A stretch of 64,000 nt of DNA. Origin: Promethearchaeati archaeon (GTDB taxonomy: Archaea; Asgardarchaeota; Heimdallarchaeia; JABLTI01). This document shows, piece after piece, positions 29,687 through 39,627 of this stretch (the first letter of the stretch is position 1; the number at the start of each line of letters is the position of its first letter). Made by a program: the position numbers and the translations under genes. The DNA lies in the NCBI GenBank assembly GCA_013166835.1, contig JABLTI010000015.1, forward strand, positions 15,149 to 79,148. The letters are read 5' to 3'. The notes under the pieces were generated by a model, which made no database searches, had not been told where the DNA came from, and saw only the letters and a list, made by a program, of their open reading frames with translations.

Positions 29687-31795
29687 ATGAGTGGTAAAAA
29701 TATTGTTCAGAAAATCTTAGAAGCTCACAATATATCTGAGAAACCAATAAATGAATTCAAACTTGGTGATCCAATATTCGTAACTATTGATCAATGTATA
29801 ACACAAGATGCTACTGGAACTATGGCTTGGTTGGAATTTGAAGCAATTAATATTCCAGAGGTAAAAGTTCCTTTAGTAATTTCTTATATTGATCATAATA
29901 TGTTACAAACTGATTTTAGAAATGCTGATGATCACCAGTTTCTGCGAACCATTGCAGCTAAGAAAGGGGCTATCTTATCAAAACCAGGAAATGGTATAAT
30001 ACATCAAGTTCATCTTGAGAATTTCGCTACACCCGGTAAAATTATGCTTGGAACTGATTCTCACACACCAACGGGTGGTGGTGTAGGATCTCTTGCAATA
30101 GGTGTTGGAGGATTAGTAGTTGCCACTGTTATGGCAGGAGAACCCTTTGAGTTAAAATACCCGAATGTTGTAAAAGTGAATCTTAGTGGAAAACTAAATC
30201 GTCCATGGGTTACAGCTATGGATGTTATTCTTGAACTCCTAAAACTCCGTGGTGTCAAAGGTGGATTAAAATCAATCTTTGAATACTCAGGTCCGGGAGT
30301 AAAAGATCTCACAGCACCAGAGAGGGCGACAATAACAAATATGGGCGCAGAATTGGGTGCAACAACTTCCATATTTCCAAGTGATGAGCTAACAAAACAC
30401 TTCTTAAAAGCACAAAACCGAGAAGAGGATTATACTTTACTCGTTGCTGATGATGATGCTGAATATGATGAAATTGTGGAAATTGACCTTTCTAAGCTAG
30501 AACCAAATGTTGCATTACCACATAGTCCAGGTTCTGTCGTAAAAATACGGGAATTAGTAGAACGAGTACCAATTTCAAAGCTTCTCGAGCGATTCCCAAA
30601 GAAAGTTCATGTAGATATTAAAACACACGTAGGAAGATTGTATGAACGTAATTTAGAAGTAGATCAAGTCTGTGTTGGTAGCTGTACTAATGCTTCTTAT
30701 CTTGTCCTTGCTACTACAGCTTCAATTCTAAAAGATCAAACTGTCGCTTCAAATATTAGTATGACTGTTTCCCCCGGTTCAAAAAATGTTTTCATGCAAT
30801 TAGCAAAAGAAGGGCTTTTAACAGACATCATTGGTTCTGGTGTTAGAATACTAGAAAGTGGTTGTGGTCCTTGTATTGGGATGGGGCAAACTCCACCAAC
30901 AAATGGGATTTCTGTAAGAACCTTCAACCGTAATTTCTATGGTCGAACTGGCGAAAAAACTGCTGGGGCATATTTGATGAGTCCGACATCTGCTTCGTTA
31001 ATAGCACTTAAAGGAAAATTTGTCGATTCACTAAAAGAGAAAACAATTAAACCAAAAATCTTTGATGAACCAGATGATTTCATTACCTCAAAAAACATGT
31101 TCATTTATCCCCCAAAAGATAAGTCAGCACGAGAAAAAATAGAAATCATTAAAGGACCTAATATTGCTGATTGCCCAATAAATGATCCCTTATCATCTGA
31201 AATAAAAGGTCTTGTTCTATTGAAAACTACAGATGATATTACTACAGATGACATAATGATGGCTGGCGCAAAAGTTTTACCATTACGATCAAACATTCCT
31301 GCCATTTCTCAATACGTCTTTAATCCTATAGATGAAAAGTTTGTTATTAAGGCTAAAAAATTAAATCCTAATAATAAGCGACGGGTTTTTATTGTAATTG
31401 CAGGGAACAATTACGGACAAGGTTCAAGTAGAGAACACGCAGCAATAGCTCCAATGTGGTTAGGATTAGGAGCAGTATTAGCAAAAAGCATAGCACGAAT
31501 ACATCGAGACAATTTAATTCAATGGGGAATGTTGCCACTCGAATTTGTTGATCCGAAAGACTATGACAAAATAAATCAGGAAGATGTTTTGATTTTGAAA
31601 GGTTTAGATGCCCTTCGAGAGGGGATTTCTGAAATTGAAATAAAAAATGAAACAAAAGAATTCACTTTTAAAGCAAAGTTAAACCTTTCATCAAAGGAAA
31701 TTGAAATGTTGAGTAAAGGTGGAGCATTACCTTTAATTAAAACAAAAATCTCACAAACAATTAATCTAGCTGTTCGCTCAGAGGATTTCCTCTAA
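29687..31795 (+). CDS. acn: Aconitate hydratase
   Basis: QDATGTMA, DHN, GTDSHT, GSCTN, CGPCIG, FNRNF, NYGQGSSREHAA; likely ATG 29687. Confidence 0.93.
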   Translation: MSGKNIVQKILEAHNISEKPINEFKLGDPIFVTIDQCITQDATGTMAWLEFEAINIPEVKVPLVISYIDHNMLQTDFRNADDHQFLRTIAAKKGAILSKPGNGIIHQVHLENFATPGKIMLGTDSHTPTGGGVGSLAIGVGGLVVATVMAGEPFELKYPNVVKVNLSGKLNRPWVTAMDVILELLKLRGVKGGLKSIFEYSGPGVKDLTAPERATITNMGAELGATTSIFPSDELTKHFLKAQNREEDYTLLVADDDAEYDEIVEIDLSKLEPNVALPHSPGSVVKIRELVERVPISKLLERFPKKVHVDIKTHVGRLYERNLEVDQVCVGSCTNASYLVLATTASILKDQTVASNISMTVSPGSKNVFMQLAKEGLLTDIIGSGVRILESGCGPCIGMGQTPPTNGISVRTFNRNFYGRTGEKTAGAYLMSPTSASLIALKGKFVDSLKEKTIKPKIFDEPDDFITSKNMFIYPPKDKSAREKIEIIKGPNIADCPINDPLSSEIKGLVLLKTTDDITTDDIMMAGAKVLPLRSNIPAISQYVFNPIDEKFVIKAKKLNPNNKRRVFIVIAGNNYGQGSSREHAAIAPMWLGLGAVLAKSIARIHRDNLIQWGMLPLEFVDPKDYDKINQEDVLILKGLDALREGISEIEIKNETKEFTFKAKLNLSSKEIEMLSKGGALPLIKTKISQTINLAVRSEDFL

Positions 31796-31854
31796 GCATG
31801 TTATATTTAATTAAAAATGTAAAAGAAATTATAGAGAAATTTGAGGTAAGGAAA

Positions 31855-32145
31855 ATGAAAATTGTGAGAACTGCACAAGCTGGTACATTGGAATCACAAG
31901 ATATACTCATTATGGTTCATAAGGGTAAACCAAATACGGGTTTAGTGATAGAACTTGAGAGTCCATCTGTAGTTCAATATGGTAGGAAAATTCGAGAAGA
32001 AATTCAATCCATTGTAGAAAATTATGGTGTTGAAGACGTCATTATCAAAGCAATCGATAAAGGAGCTCTAGGATTTACAATTAAAGCAAGAACAGAAGTT
32101 GCGATTATAAGAGCAATATCAAAAAAAGAATCAAGCAGGTTATAA
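31855..32145 (+). CDS. citD: Citrate lyase acyl carrier protein (gamma)
   Basis: MKI..AQAGTLESQD (prosthetic-group Ser), DKGAL..TIKAR; SD gagg upstream of ATG 31855. Confidence 0.92.
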   Translation: MKIVRTAQAGTLESQDILIMVHKGKPNTGLVIELESPSVVQYGRKIREEIQSIVENYGVEDVIIKAIDKGALGFTIKARTEVAIIRAISKKESSRL

Positions 32146-32146
32146 A

Positions 32147-33073
32147 ATGAGCACAAAGAAAGATTCTTTCAAGTTTGCCAAAAGAACTATTGAAGATGTC
32201 ACAAAAATACGTCGAACTAGACTATATATTCCAGGTAATAATCCTGCAATGATTCGAAATTCACCTTTGTTTGGTGCTGATCAAATAATCTTTGATTTAG
32301 AAGATGGTGTTGCTGTAAATCAAAAAGATGCTGCAAGAGCTCTAGTACGTAATGCTTTACAAGAGTTGGATTTTGGCGATACAGAAGTTACAGTAAGAGT
32401 GAATGCTCTCGATACTGAATTCTTTGAGAATGATATACATGAAATTGTACCTGTAAAACCATATGCTATAGTACTTCCAAAATCTGAAGATGAAAAACAA
32501 ATGCTCGATGTAAATGATCATATAATGATCACTGAAGAGAAAAGTGATTTATCAATAGGAACAATAAAATTAACACCTATTATTGAATCAGCTTGGGGCG
32601 TGCTAAGAGCTGAAAATATCGCTTTAGCTTGTGATAGAATTGTGGGAATAAGCCCAGGTGGGGAGGATTTAACAGCTGATTTGGGAGCAGAAAGAACAAC
32701 TGAAGGAGAAGAACTCCTCTACATTAGATCAAAATTAGTTTTAGCAGCAAGAGCAGCTGGAATTCAGGTGTATGATACTGTTTATACAAATGTGAGAGAT
32801 ATTCAGGGGCTTTATCATCAAACTGAAAGAATTGTTCGTTTAGGTTTTGATGGAAAAGCTTGTATTCATCCCTGTCAGATAGAACCAATCCATAACGCCT
32901 TCAAACCTTCAGACAGTGATATTGAACGAGCTAAAAGAATTATTGATGCCTATAATTTAGCTCAAGCAGAAGGTGTAGGAGTTATTTGTGTAGATAATAG
33001 AATGATTGATGTTCCTGTTGTAAAAAGATCGGAACGAATTTTGAAACGAGCAGAAGCTGCAAAGAACAGGTAA
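32147..33073 (+). CDS. citE: Citrate lyase beta subunit (citryl-ACP lyase)
   Basis: RRTRLYIPGNNP, FDLEDGV, VRVN, IIESA, GFDGKACIHP, MIDVPV. Confidence 0.93.
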   Translation: MSTKKDSFKFAKRTIEDVTKIRRTRLYIPGNNPAMIRNSPLFGADQIIFDLEDGVAVNQKDAARALVRNALQELDFGDTEVTVRVNALDTEFFENDIHEIVPVKPYAIVLPKSEDEKQMLDVNDHIMITEEKSDLSIGTIKLTPIIESAWGVLRAENIALACDRIVGISPGGEDLTADLGAERTTEGEELLYIRSKLVLAARAAGIQVYDTVYTNVRDIQGLYHQTERIVRLGFDGKACIHPCQIEPIHNAFKPSDSDIERAKRIIDAYNLAQAEGVGVICVDNRMIDVPVVKRSERILKRAEAAKNR

Positions 33074-33088
33074 GCAGAGGTAATTTGA

Positions 33089-34639
33089 ATGGATTACAAA
33101 GTAAACGTTGTGGGAAGAAAAATACCCACTGAAATCGTTGGAAAGAAAATATTCCCTTTTATGGGCATAGGAAGAGCTCAATTGCCTGATAGAAAAGTTG
33201 CACCAAAAATTAGAAGACGATTACCTGGGGAAACAAAACTCTTAGCAACAATTGAGGAAGCAATCACAAAATCTGGTTTAAAGAATGGGATGACCATAAG
33301 TTTTCATCATCACTTTCGAGGTGGTGATAAATTAATGAATATGGTGATTAAGAAAATTGCTGAGATGGGTATAAAAGACATAACACTTGCACCTTCATCG
33401 ATTCATCCCATCCATGCACCTTTAATAAACTATATCGAACAAGGTGTGATTATCAATATTCAATGTGGCGTTACTGGACCAGTTGGTGATGCAATCTCTC
33501 AAGGAAAATTGAAAGGATTATTAACAGTGAGAAGTCATGGTGGAAGAGCACGATCAGTTGAAGATGGAGACTGCCATATTGATATAGCATTTATTGGTGC
33601 ACCAACAGCTGATGAATTCGGAAATCTTAACGGTGTTGATGGAAAACAGGCATGTGGACCACTGGGTTATATGGTTCCAGATGCACAATATGCTGATATG
33701 GTTATTGCAGTAACAAATAATCTTGTTCCTTTTCCTTGTAACAATATAAGCATTAATCAAAATCATGTGGATTATGTAGTTCAAATAAAGGACCCAATTG
33801 GTGATCCAACAGGCATTGTTTCTGGAACAACTCGAATTACAAGAGATCCTGTTAGATTAAGAATTGCTAGAAACTGCGTAAGTGTTATCGAAGCATCTGG
33901 TTTGTTAAAAGATGGTTTTTCTTTCCAAAGTGGTGCTGGTGGGATATCATTAGCTGTTACACAATTTCTTGGTGAACGAATGCTCGAACTAGAAATTCAA
34001 GGTTCTTTTGGTATGGGTGGTTCAACTTCTGCTTTAGTACAATTATTAGAGAAAGGGCTTTTTAGGAGACTTCTCGATGTTCAAGCTTTCGATAAAGAGG
34101 CTATTCGTTCATTAAAAGAAAATCCAAATCACATAGAAATAGGTGCAAGTCAATATGCAAATATTCATAGTAGTGGTGCAGCGGTTGATGTTCTTGATAC
34201 AGTGGTTTTGGGTGCAACAGAAATTGATGTTAATTTTAATGTAAATGTAGTTACTGAATCAGATGGTAGAATACTACATGGAATTGGTGGGCATCAAGAT
34301 ACCTCGGAAGGAGCAAAATTAGCAATCATTGCAATTCCATTACTTCGTGGTCGAAATCCAGTTGTTGTAGATAATGTTACTACTTTAACTACTCCAGGGA
34401 TGAATATTGATGTAGTAGTAACTGATTATGGTATTGCTTTGAATCCCGAAAGCAAATATTATCGTAGAATCAAAAGAGCTGAAGATTTGAGGTTTAAAAC
34501 AATTGAACAACTTCGAGATACAGCTTATACTCTTGTTGGCGGTCCACCTGATCCAATACCTTTTGATGACCGGATAGTTGCTATAATTGAACATCGTGAT
34601 GGAACAGTTTTAGATGTTATTAGAAAAATAAGTGACTGA
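33089..34639 (+). CDS. citF: Citrate lyase alpha subunit (citrate ACP-transferase)
   Basis: GMTISFHHHFRGGD, RSHGGRAR, FSFQSGAGG, GGHQDT, RDGTVLDVI. Confidence 0.95.
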   Translation: MDYKVNVVGRKIPTEIVGKKIFPFMGIGRAQLPDRKVAPKIRRRLPGETKLLATIEEAITKSGLKNGMTISFHHHFRGGDKLMNMVIKKIAEMGIKDITLAPSSIHPIHAPLINYIEQGVIINIQCGVTGPVGDAISQGKLKGLLTVRSHGGRARSVEDGDCHIDIAFIGAPTADEFGNLNGVDGKQACGPLGYMVPDAQYADMVIAVTNNLVPFPCNNISINQNHVDYVVQIKDPIGDPTGIVSGTTRITRDPVRLRIARNCVSVIEASGLLKDGFSFQSGAGGISLAVTQFLGERMLELEIQGSFGMGGSTSALVQLLEKGLFRRLLDVQAFDKEAIRSLKENPNHIEIGASQYANIHSSGAAVDVLDTVVLGATEIDVNFNVNVVTESDGRILHGIGGHQDTSEGAKLAIIAIPLLRGRNPVVVDNVTTLTTPGMNIDVVVTDYGIALNPESKYYRRIKRAEDLRFKTIEQLRDTAYTLVGGPPDPIPFDDRIVAIIEHRDGTVLDVIRKISD

Positions 34640-35168
34640 ATTCTTTTGTGATGGAATTTTGAGTGACCTAAATGATTTACGATGGCAAATACTTGATGCT
34701 AAAGAAGAAAGATGGTTAAAACAAAAAGCATTTGTAAATTTATACAAATCAACCCTGATTGTTTTTAAAATGAATATACCTTCTTGGCCCAAAATTTCAA
34801 CTGACATTTTAGTTGTCTTTCATAAATCTTTGGAAATTTTCAAGGAGAATTTGACCAGTTCCAAAATTGCTTTTCGATTAATTGAAATACAAGAAACTCT
34901 TCTAGGTCCTGAAGCATTTATTTCTACTAAAATGAATGCAAATGATATTAAAGATTTAGCAATTCATTTCGAAGAATATCATAATATTGGTCGATTTTTT
35001 GACGTTGATGTTATTGATAATACTGGTAAAATGATTGAAAGAAAAATTAAACGAAAATGCTTCTTATGTTCAGAACAAGCAATAGATTGCATGAGAAACC
35101 AAAGACACAGCCCTGAAGAAATCAAAGAATATTTTGATGAGAAGATTGCTAATTATTTAAAATCTTAA
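34632..35168 (+). CDS. citX: Apo-citrate lyase phosphoribosyl-dephospho-CoA transferase
   Basis: ILDAKEER, GPEAF, GRFFDVDV, RKCFLC..CMRNQRHS. Confidence 0.88.
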   Translation: MTEFFCDGILSDLNDLRWQILDAKEERWLKQKAFVNLYKSTLIVFKMNIPSWPKISTDILVVFHKSLEIFKENLTSSKIAFRLIEIQETLLGPEAFISTKMNANDIKDLAIHFEEYHNIGRFFDVDVIDNTGKMIERKIKRKCFLCSEQAIDCMRNQRHSPEEIKEYFDEKIANYLKS

Positions 35169-36019
35169 ACCCCAATAATTACTTCTTCGAACTTTGATGG
35201 ATCACTGACTATAAAATTAACTAATTCAATATACATGCTCAAAACCTCATAGGCTTTTTCTCTGGATCTAAATTTTGTAGAAAGAGTAAGTATATTGATC
35301 ATGCTTAAACCTTCTAATTTTACTCCTCCTTCGATAGTAGAAACTAGAAACATAACCCAAACAGGTTTGTTTTTTGCAAAGAGTGAATCTCTAGGATGCG
35401 TTCGAGCAAAAATTACTCGAGCTTTCCCTTTGTAGTTTTCCCCGAATTCATTTTCTAAACTATCGACTTCGATAACTCGTAAATTATGGAATCTTTTTTT
35501 GGCTATGATTTCATCAAGTCTAATAATCCAATCATACCTTAAAATAATAGAACTACTACTATCTTGTTCCAAGAAAATCCAGATAGGACAGTATTGATGC
35601 CTTTTTTGCCCCATCATTTTTTCATTTAACATAACAGTCCAAAGTTTTTCTCGTAAGCTTTTCATGTCAATATTAACAGGTCCTTTTCTAAACTCTTCTC
35701 GATCAACGATTGCTTGTGCATCTTGCTGCATTTGTGCTAGTTTTCTTTCAGCTTTGGGTTTTGAATAAACAGTGCCTTCTAATACCACCATTCCAAGTTT
35801 CTGAATAACAACGCGAGAAATTGCTGCGACAGGTAATTGTGTAACAATTTTTATCCACTCTAAGCTAACTTCATCTCGATTACCTATGAGCTCTTTAATT
35901 GAGCTAAGCATTTCTTCAGTAATCTTCTGTTCCTTATCCTTAGAGGTCAAATTTCTTCTCTCCGGTATATTCCTTTCAATAAACCTTTGATGGGGCTTTA
36001 TTTGAGGGTTTAAATACAA
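35165..36019 (-). CDS. Hypothetical protein
   Basis: 284-aa ORF co-directional with the DUF134 gene; no motif recognised. Confidence 0.65.
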   Translation of the reverse strand: MYLNPQIKPHQRFIERNIPERRNLTSKDKEQKITEEMLSSIKELIGNRDEVSLEWIKIVTQLPVAAISRVVIQKLGMVVLEGTVYSKPKAERKLAQMQQDAQAIVDREEFRKGPVNIDMKSLREKLWTVMLNEKMMGQKRHQYCPIWIFLEQDSSSSIILRYDWIIRLDEIIAKKRFHNLRVIEVDSLENEFGENYKGKARVIFARTHPRDSLFAKNKPVWVMFLVSTIEGGVKLEGLSMINILTLSTKFRSREKAYEVLSMYIELVNFIVSDPSKFEEVIIGV

Positions 36020-36029
36020 TTTTACTTAA

Positions 36030-36401
36030 TTATATTTTTTCTTGTTTTTCAATTACTATTTCCTTGCCCTCTGTAAGCATTTTCATAATTTTCTCTCTCC
36101 CAGAATCTAATAATCTCCAAATAGTACCTCTTGAAACATTCATTAATAAACCGGCTTCTTCTTGATTTAGTCCCTTTAAATCAATTAATCTCATTGCTTC
36201 ATATTCAGCAATAGTTAAATTCAGCTGATTTTCTGAAAGAGTTGGATGTGGAGTAATCTTTGTGATTTTAGGATAATCTTCTATTATAATTTCTTTTAAT
36301 GGTCTTCCACGTATTTGTAGTTCACTATCAGAATCACCTAAAGATTTTCTTCTTCTACCTCCTCTTCCTCCTCTGCGTCGATACATTCTCATTTTCTGCA
36401 C
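36030..36401 (-). CDS. DUF134 HTH DNA-binding protein
   Basis: EYEAMRLIDLKGLNQEEAG..MNVSRGTIWRLLDSGREK. Confidence 0.9.
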   Translation of the reverse strand: MQKMRMYRRRGGRGGRRRKSLGDSDSELQIRGRPLKEIIIEDYPKITKITPHPTLSENQLNLTIAEYEAMRLIDLKGLNQEEAGLLMNVSRGTIWRLLDSGREKIMKMLTEGKEIVIEKQEKI

Positions 36402-36543
36402 CTTGTATCAATACTAACCTCTTGTTTTATAAGTTTTATATTTTATAAACTAAAATATTTTTGTGCATATGAACATAAAGATTTTTATAGTAAAAAACGT
36501 ATTTATTTATGTGCTAATGCACAAAAATCAAAAAGTGATATTT

Positions 36544-36870
36544 ATGAGTAGTCGTGGAAGAAGATCCTCTGATAGAGGTAGACATAGAAGAATGTATGAA
36601 TTAACGGGAGTACCAGGTTGGATAAGATTTGGTACCATGCAAGACGGAAGAAGTGGACGAGGATTAGGTCCTTGTGCAGAATATCTGCAAAGAATTGGTA
36701 AATTTGATGAATTTCTAAAAGATTTTGCTGCAAAAAATCCGGGTTTAGCAAACACCTTTGGAGATTTTGATAAAAATCCTGATTATGAGAAAAATTTGAT
36801 TTCCGATCAAATAAGGTTCCTTGAAGAAGAACTTAAAGATCTTAAAAGAAGATCAAAAGAGTTAAGATAA
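36544..36870 (+). CDS. DUF5320-like small Gly/Arg-rich protein
   Basis: RHRRMYELTGVPGWIRFG, GRGLGPC and a C-terminal coiled coil; usual partner of NifX clusters; likely ATG 36544. Confidence 0.7.
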   Translation: MSSRGRRSSDRGRHRRMYELTGVPGWIRFGTMQDGRSGRGLGPCAEYLQRIGKFDEFLKDFAAKNPGLANTFGDFDKNPDYEKNLISDQIRFLEEELKDLKRRSKELR

Positions 36871-36895
36871 AGTAGCTAAGATTTGGTGGTTCAAA

Positions 36896-37279
36896 ATGAA
36901 AATTGCAATATCTTCTAGTGGTGACAATTTACAATCCGAAGTTGACCCTCGTTTTGGTCGATGTAAGAATTTCATAATCATTGAGATTTCCGAAATGTCT
37001 TTAGCTGTTCATCAGAATAGTGCCCAATTTGTGGGGCATGGCGCTGGAACAAAAGCTGCTCAAGATCTATTAAAATTGGGTGTGTCTGCTATAATTTCTG
37101 GAAACATTGGTCCCAATGCTTTTCAAGTGTTAAGTGCTGCGAATATCAGAATGTATACAAGTTCAGGAACAATAGAAAATGTAGTAGAAGCTTACAAGAA
37201 AGGACAATTAATAGAAGTGACACAACCATCCAATGCAGGTCATATGGGTAGAGGTTCTGGGCGTGGTAGACGTTCTTGA
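36896..37279 (+). CDS. NifB/NifX-family (FeMo-cofactor-binding fold) protein
   Basis: MKIAIS..VDPRFGRC..F, GAGTKAAQ, GNIGPNA. Confidence 0.9.
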   Translation: MKIAISSSGDNLQSEVDPRFGRCKNFIIIEISEMSLAVHQNSAQFVGHGAGTKAAQDLLKLGVSAIISGNIGPNAFQVLSAANIRMYTSSGTIENVVEAYKKGQLIEVTQPSNAGHMGRGSGRGRRS

Positions 37280-37351
37280 CTGTGAAGGAGAATCTAGTCT
37301 AAAAAACTTCTATATATAAAATGTAAGTAATAATTAACATGAGTGATAAAA

Positions 37352-37714
37352 ATGAAAATAACTTTTCCAACAAATGATCTTAAAGGTTTAGAAAGTCAAT
37401 TGGCAGACCATTTTGGTCGTGCACCAACATTTACAATAATTGATTCTGAGACGGAAGAACTAAAAGTTATAGATAATTCTGGTGAGCATTTCGGTGGTCG
37501 TCAATCCGCTCCAGTTCTTATTGTTAATAATGGAACAAATGTACTAATATGCAAAGCTTTAGGACGTAAAGCAATAGCTAAATTTGTAGAATTTGGCATA
37601 GAAGTCTACATTACAGAAAAACTTACTGTTAAAAATGCACTTGAAGCCTATAATAAGCAAGAACTAAGAAAGGCAACTGAAAGTGAAGCTTGTGCAGAAA
37701 GTAAACATCATTGA
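37352..37714 (+). CDS. NifB/NifX-family protein
   Basis: HFGRAPTF, ICKALGRKA; start 37343 (GTG) or 37352. Confidence 0.88.
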   Translation: MKITFPTNDLKGLESQLADHFGRAPTFTIIDSETEELKVIDNSGEHFGGRQSAPVLIVNNGTNVLICKALGRKAIAKFVEFGIEVYITEKLTVKNALEAYNKQELRKATESEACAESKHH

Positions 37715-37790
37715 ATAAATTTCTACAGCGATGCTATTACTATTTCCTAATTCGTTTAAGGATGCAAGATAAAGAGATGACAAACTACTT

Positions 37791-38630
37791 ATGAAAATCA
37801 GTATAGCTAGTGGTAAAGGGGGAACAGGAAAAACAATTATAGCAACTAGCTTAGCACTTTCTCTCAGAAATTATCAATTTCTGGATTGTGATGTTGAGGA
37901 ACCAAATGCCCACATTTTTCTGAAACCTAAGTTTCACACTACGAAAAAAGTATTAGTTAATGTTCCATTAATTAATAATGCGAAATGTACAAACTGTGGT
38001 ATTTGTTCTGATGCATGCGAATTTAATACCCTTGTTCAATTACCTGATCATGTTATTTTCTTCGCAGATTTATGCATGAGCTGTAATGCTTGCAAAGTAT
38101 TGTGCCCAGAAAACGCCATTTCAATGGTCAAAAGAGAAATTGGTGAACTAAAAATCGGAGATGCGAAAGAAAACACTTTATTTGTCAATGGGTTACTAAA
38201 GATTGGCTCTCCAAGATCTATACCAATAATTTCTGCAGTGAAAGATTGCATTGATAATTCAAAGACCGTTATTTTGGATGCTCCTCCTGGTAATTCTTGT
38301 CCGGTAATTGAGACTATTTCCGATACCGATTTCTGTCTGCTTGTGACTGAACCAACTCCTTTCGGTTTATGGGACCTAAAAATTGCAGCTGAAGTTACTA
38401 AAAAACTCGCACTTCCAACTGGAGTTATAATCAACAAATACGGCTTAGGATATGAAGAACCAATAGAGGAATATTGTAAGGATGAGAACATCCCAATTCT
38501 CATGAAAGTTCCATTTGATCGTTCCATTGCTGAAGCGTATTCTGAAGGCATACCATTAGCAGGTCATGATAAAGAATGGCAAAAGAAATTTAGAGATTTG
38601 TATGCAACAATTCAGGAGCTTGTAAAATAA
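37791..38630 (+). CDS. MinD/ParA-type P-loop ATPase with inserted 2x[4Fe-4S] domain
   Basis: SGKGGTGKT, DCDVEEPN, CTNCGICSDAC, DAPPGNSCP, EPTPFG. Confidence 0.92.
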   Translation: MKISIASGKGGTGKTIIATSLALSLRNYQFLDCDVEEPNAHIFLKPKFHTTKKVLVNVPLINNAKCTNCGICSDACEFNTLVQLPDHVIFFADLCMSCNACKVLCPENAISMVKREIGELKIGDAKENTLFVNGLLKIGSPRSIPIISAVKDCIDNSKTVILDAPPGNSCPVIETISDTDFCLLVTEPTPFGLWDLKIAAEVTKKLALPTGVIINKYGLGYEEPIEEYCKDENIPILMKVPFDRSIAEAYSEGIPLAGHDKEWQKKFRDLYATIQELVK

Positions 38631-38631
38631 G

Positions 38632-39498
38632 ATGTTTAAACAAATAACAGTTATTAGTGGTAAAGGTGGAACTGGAAAAACTACTCTTACTGCTAGTTTT
38701 GCGTATTTGACTCGAGGAAAAGCAATTTTTGCTGATGCCGATGTAGATGCCCCTGATTTACATTTAATATTACATCCGACGATTATTTCTGAAGAGGAAC
38801 TATACATTTCTAAAAAAGTAAAAAGAGATGAAGAGAAATGCATTAAATGCAATAAATGCGGTGAAGTATGTGAGTTCAAAGCAATAACTGCTGATGAAAT
38901 AAATTATTTTAAATGCGAAGGCTGTGGGTTATGTGTTCATATATGTCCAGAAAAAGCCCTTTCAATGGAACCTATTCTGTCAGCAAAAATTTTCGAATCA
39001 CAAACAAGATTCGGAGTATTTGTTCACGCAGAAATGACAATTGGAGAAGGAACCTCAGGAAGAATTGTTGATCAAATTAGACAAAAAGCTAGAAAGATAG
39101 CTGGAACGAAAAAGCTAGATTACGTCGTTGTTGATGGTTCACCAGGGATAGGGTGTCCTGTTATAGCTTCGATCACAGGAGTTGATTTGGCTTGCATAAT
39201 TGTTGAACCTACTTTAAGTGGAATTCATGATTTAGAGCGAATTTTTGGTGTAGCGCAACACTTCAAAGTAAAATCAGTTGTTTGTATTAACAAATTTGAT
39301 TTAAACATAACAAATACAAATAATATCATTCAATTTTGCAGAAAAAACAACATTACAGTTGTTGGAAAAATACCTTTTGACAAGATAGTTCCTAAAAGTA
39401 TCATTCAAGGGAAAAGTACTTTTGAGTTAGAGGAAAATCCAGTTTCAAAGGAAATAACAAGTATTTGGAAAAACATTCAAACTGAATTATACGCTTAA
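38632..39498 (+). CDS. MinD/ParA-type P-loop ATPase with inserted 2x[4Fe-4S] domain (partner)
   Basis: SGKGGTGKT, DADVDAPD, CIKCNKC, DGSPGIGCP, EPTLSGIHD. Confidence 0.92.
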   Translation: MFKQITVISGKGGTGKTTLTASFAYLTRGKAIFADADVDAPDLHLILHPTIISEEELYISKKVKRDEEKCIKCNKCGEVCEFKAITADEINYFKCEGCGLCVHICPEKALSMEPILSAKIFESQTRFGVFVHAEMTIGEGTSGRIVDQIRQKARKIAGTKKLDYVVVDGSPGIGCPVIASITGVDLACIIVEPTLSGIHDLERIFGVAQHFKVKSVVCINKFDLNITNTNNIIQFCRKNNITVVGKIPFDKIVPKSIIQGKSTFELEENPVSKEITSIWKNIQTELYA

Positions 39499-39627
39499 AC
39501 TCTTGATTCCTCAAGAAAAAATGCATAAAGTGGAAATTTGGTTAAGCTTGCTCTAAACAAATAGTATTAAAATCACCTTTTATTTTCGTATGTTACAAAA
39601 TTACAAATTGCTTTAGGTTATAGACAA

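Noticed and set aside
36896-39498. Nitrogen fixation or MinD cell-division genes
   Set aside because: No nifHDK; the ATPases carry ferredoxin inserts typical of the unrelated NifX-associated family
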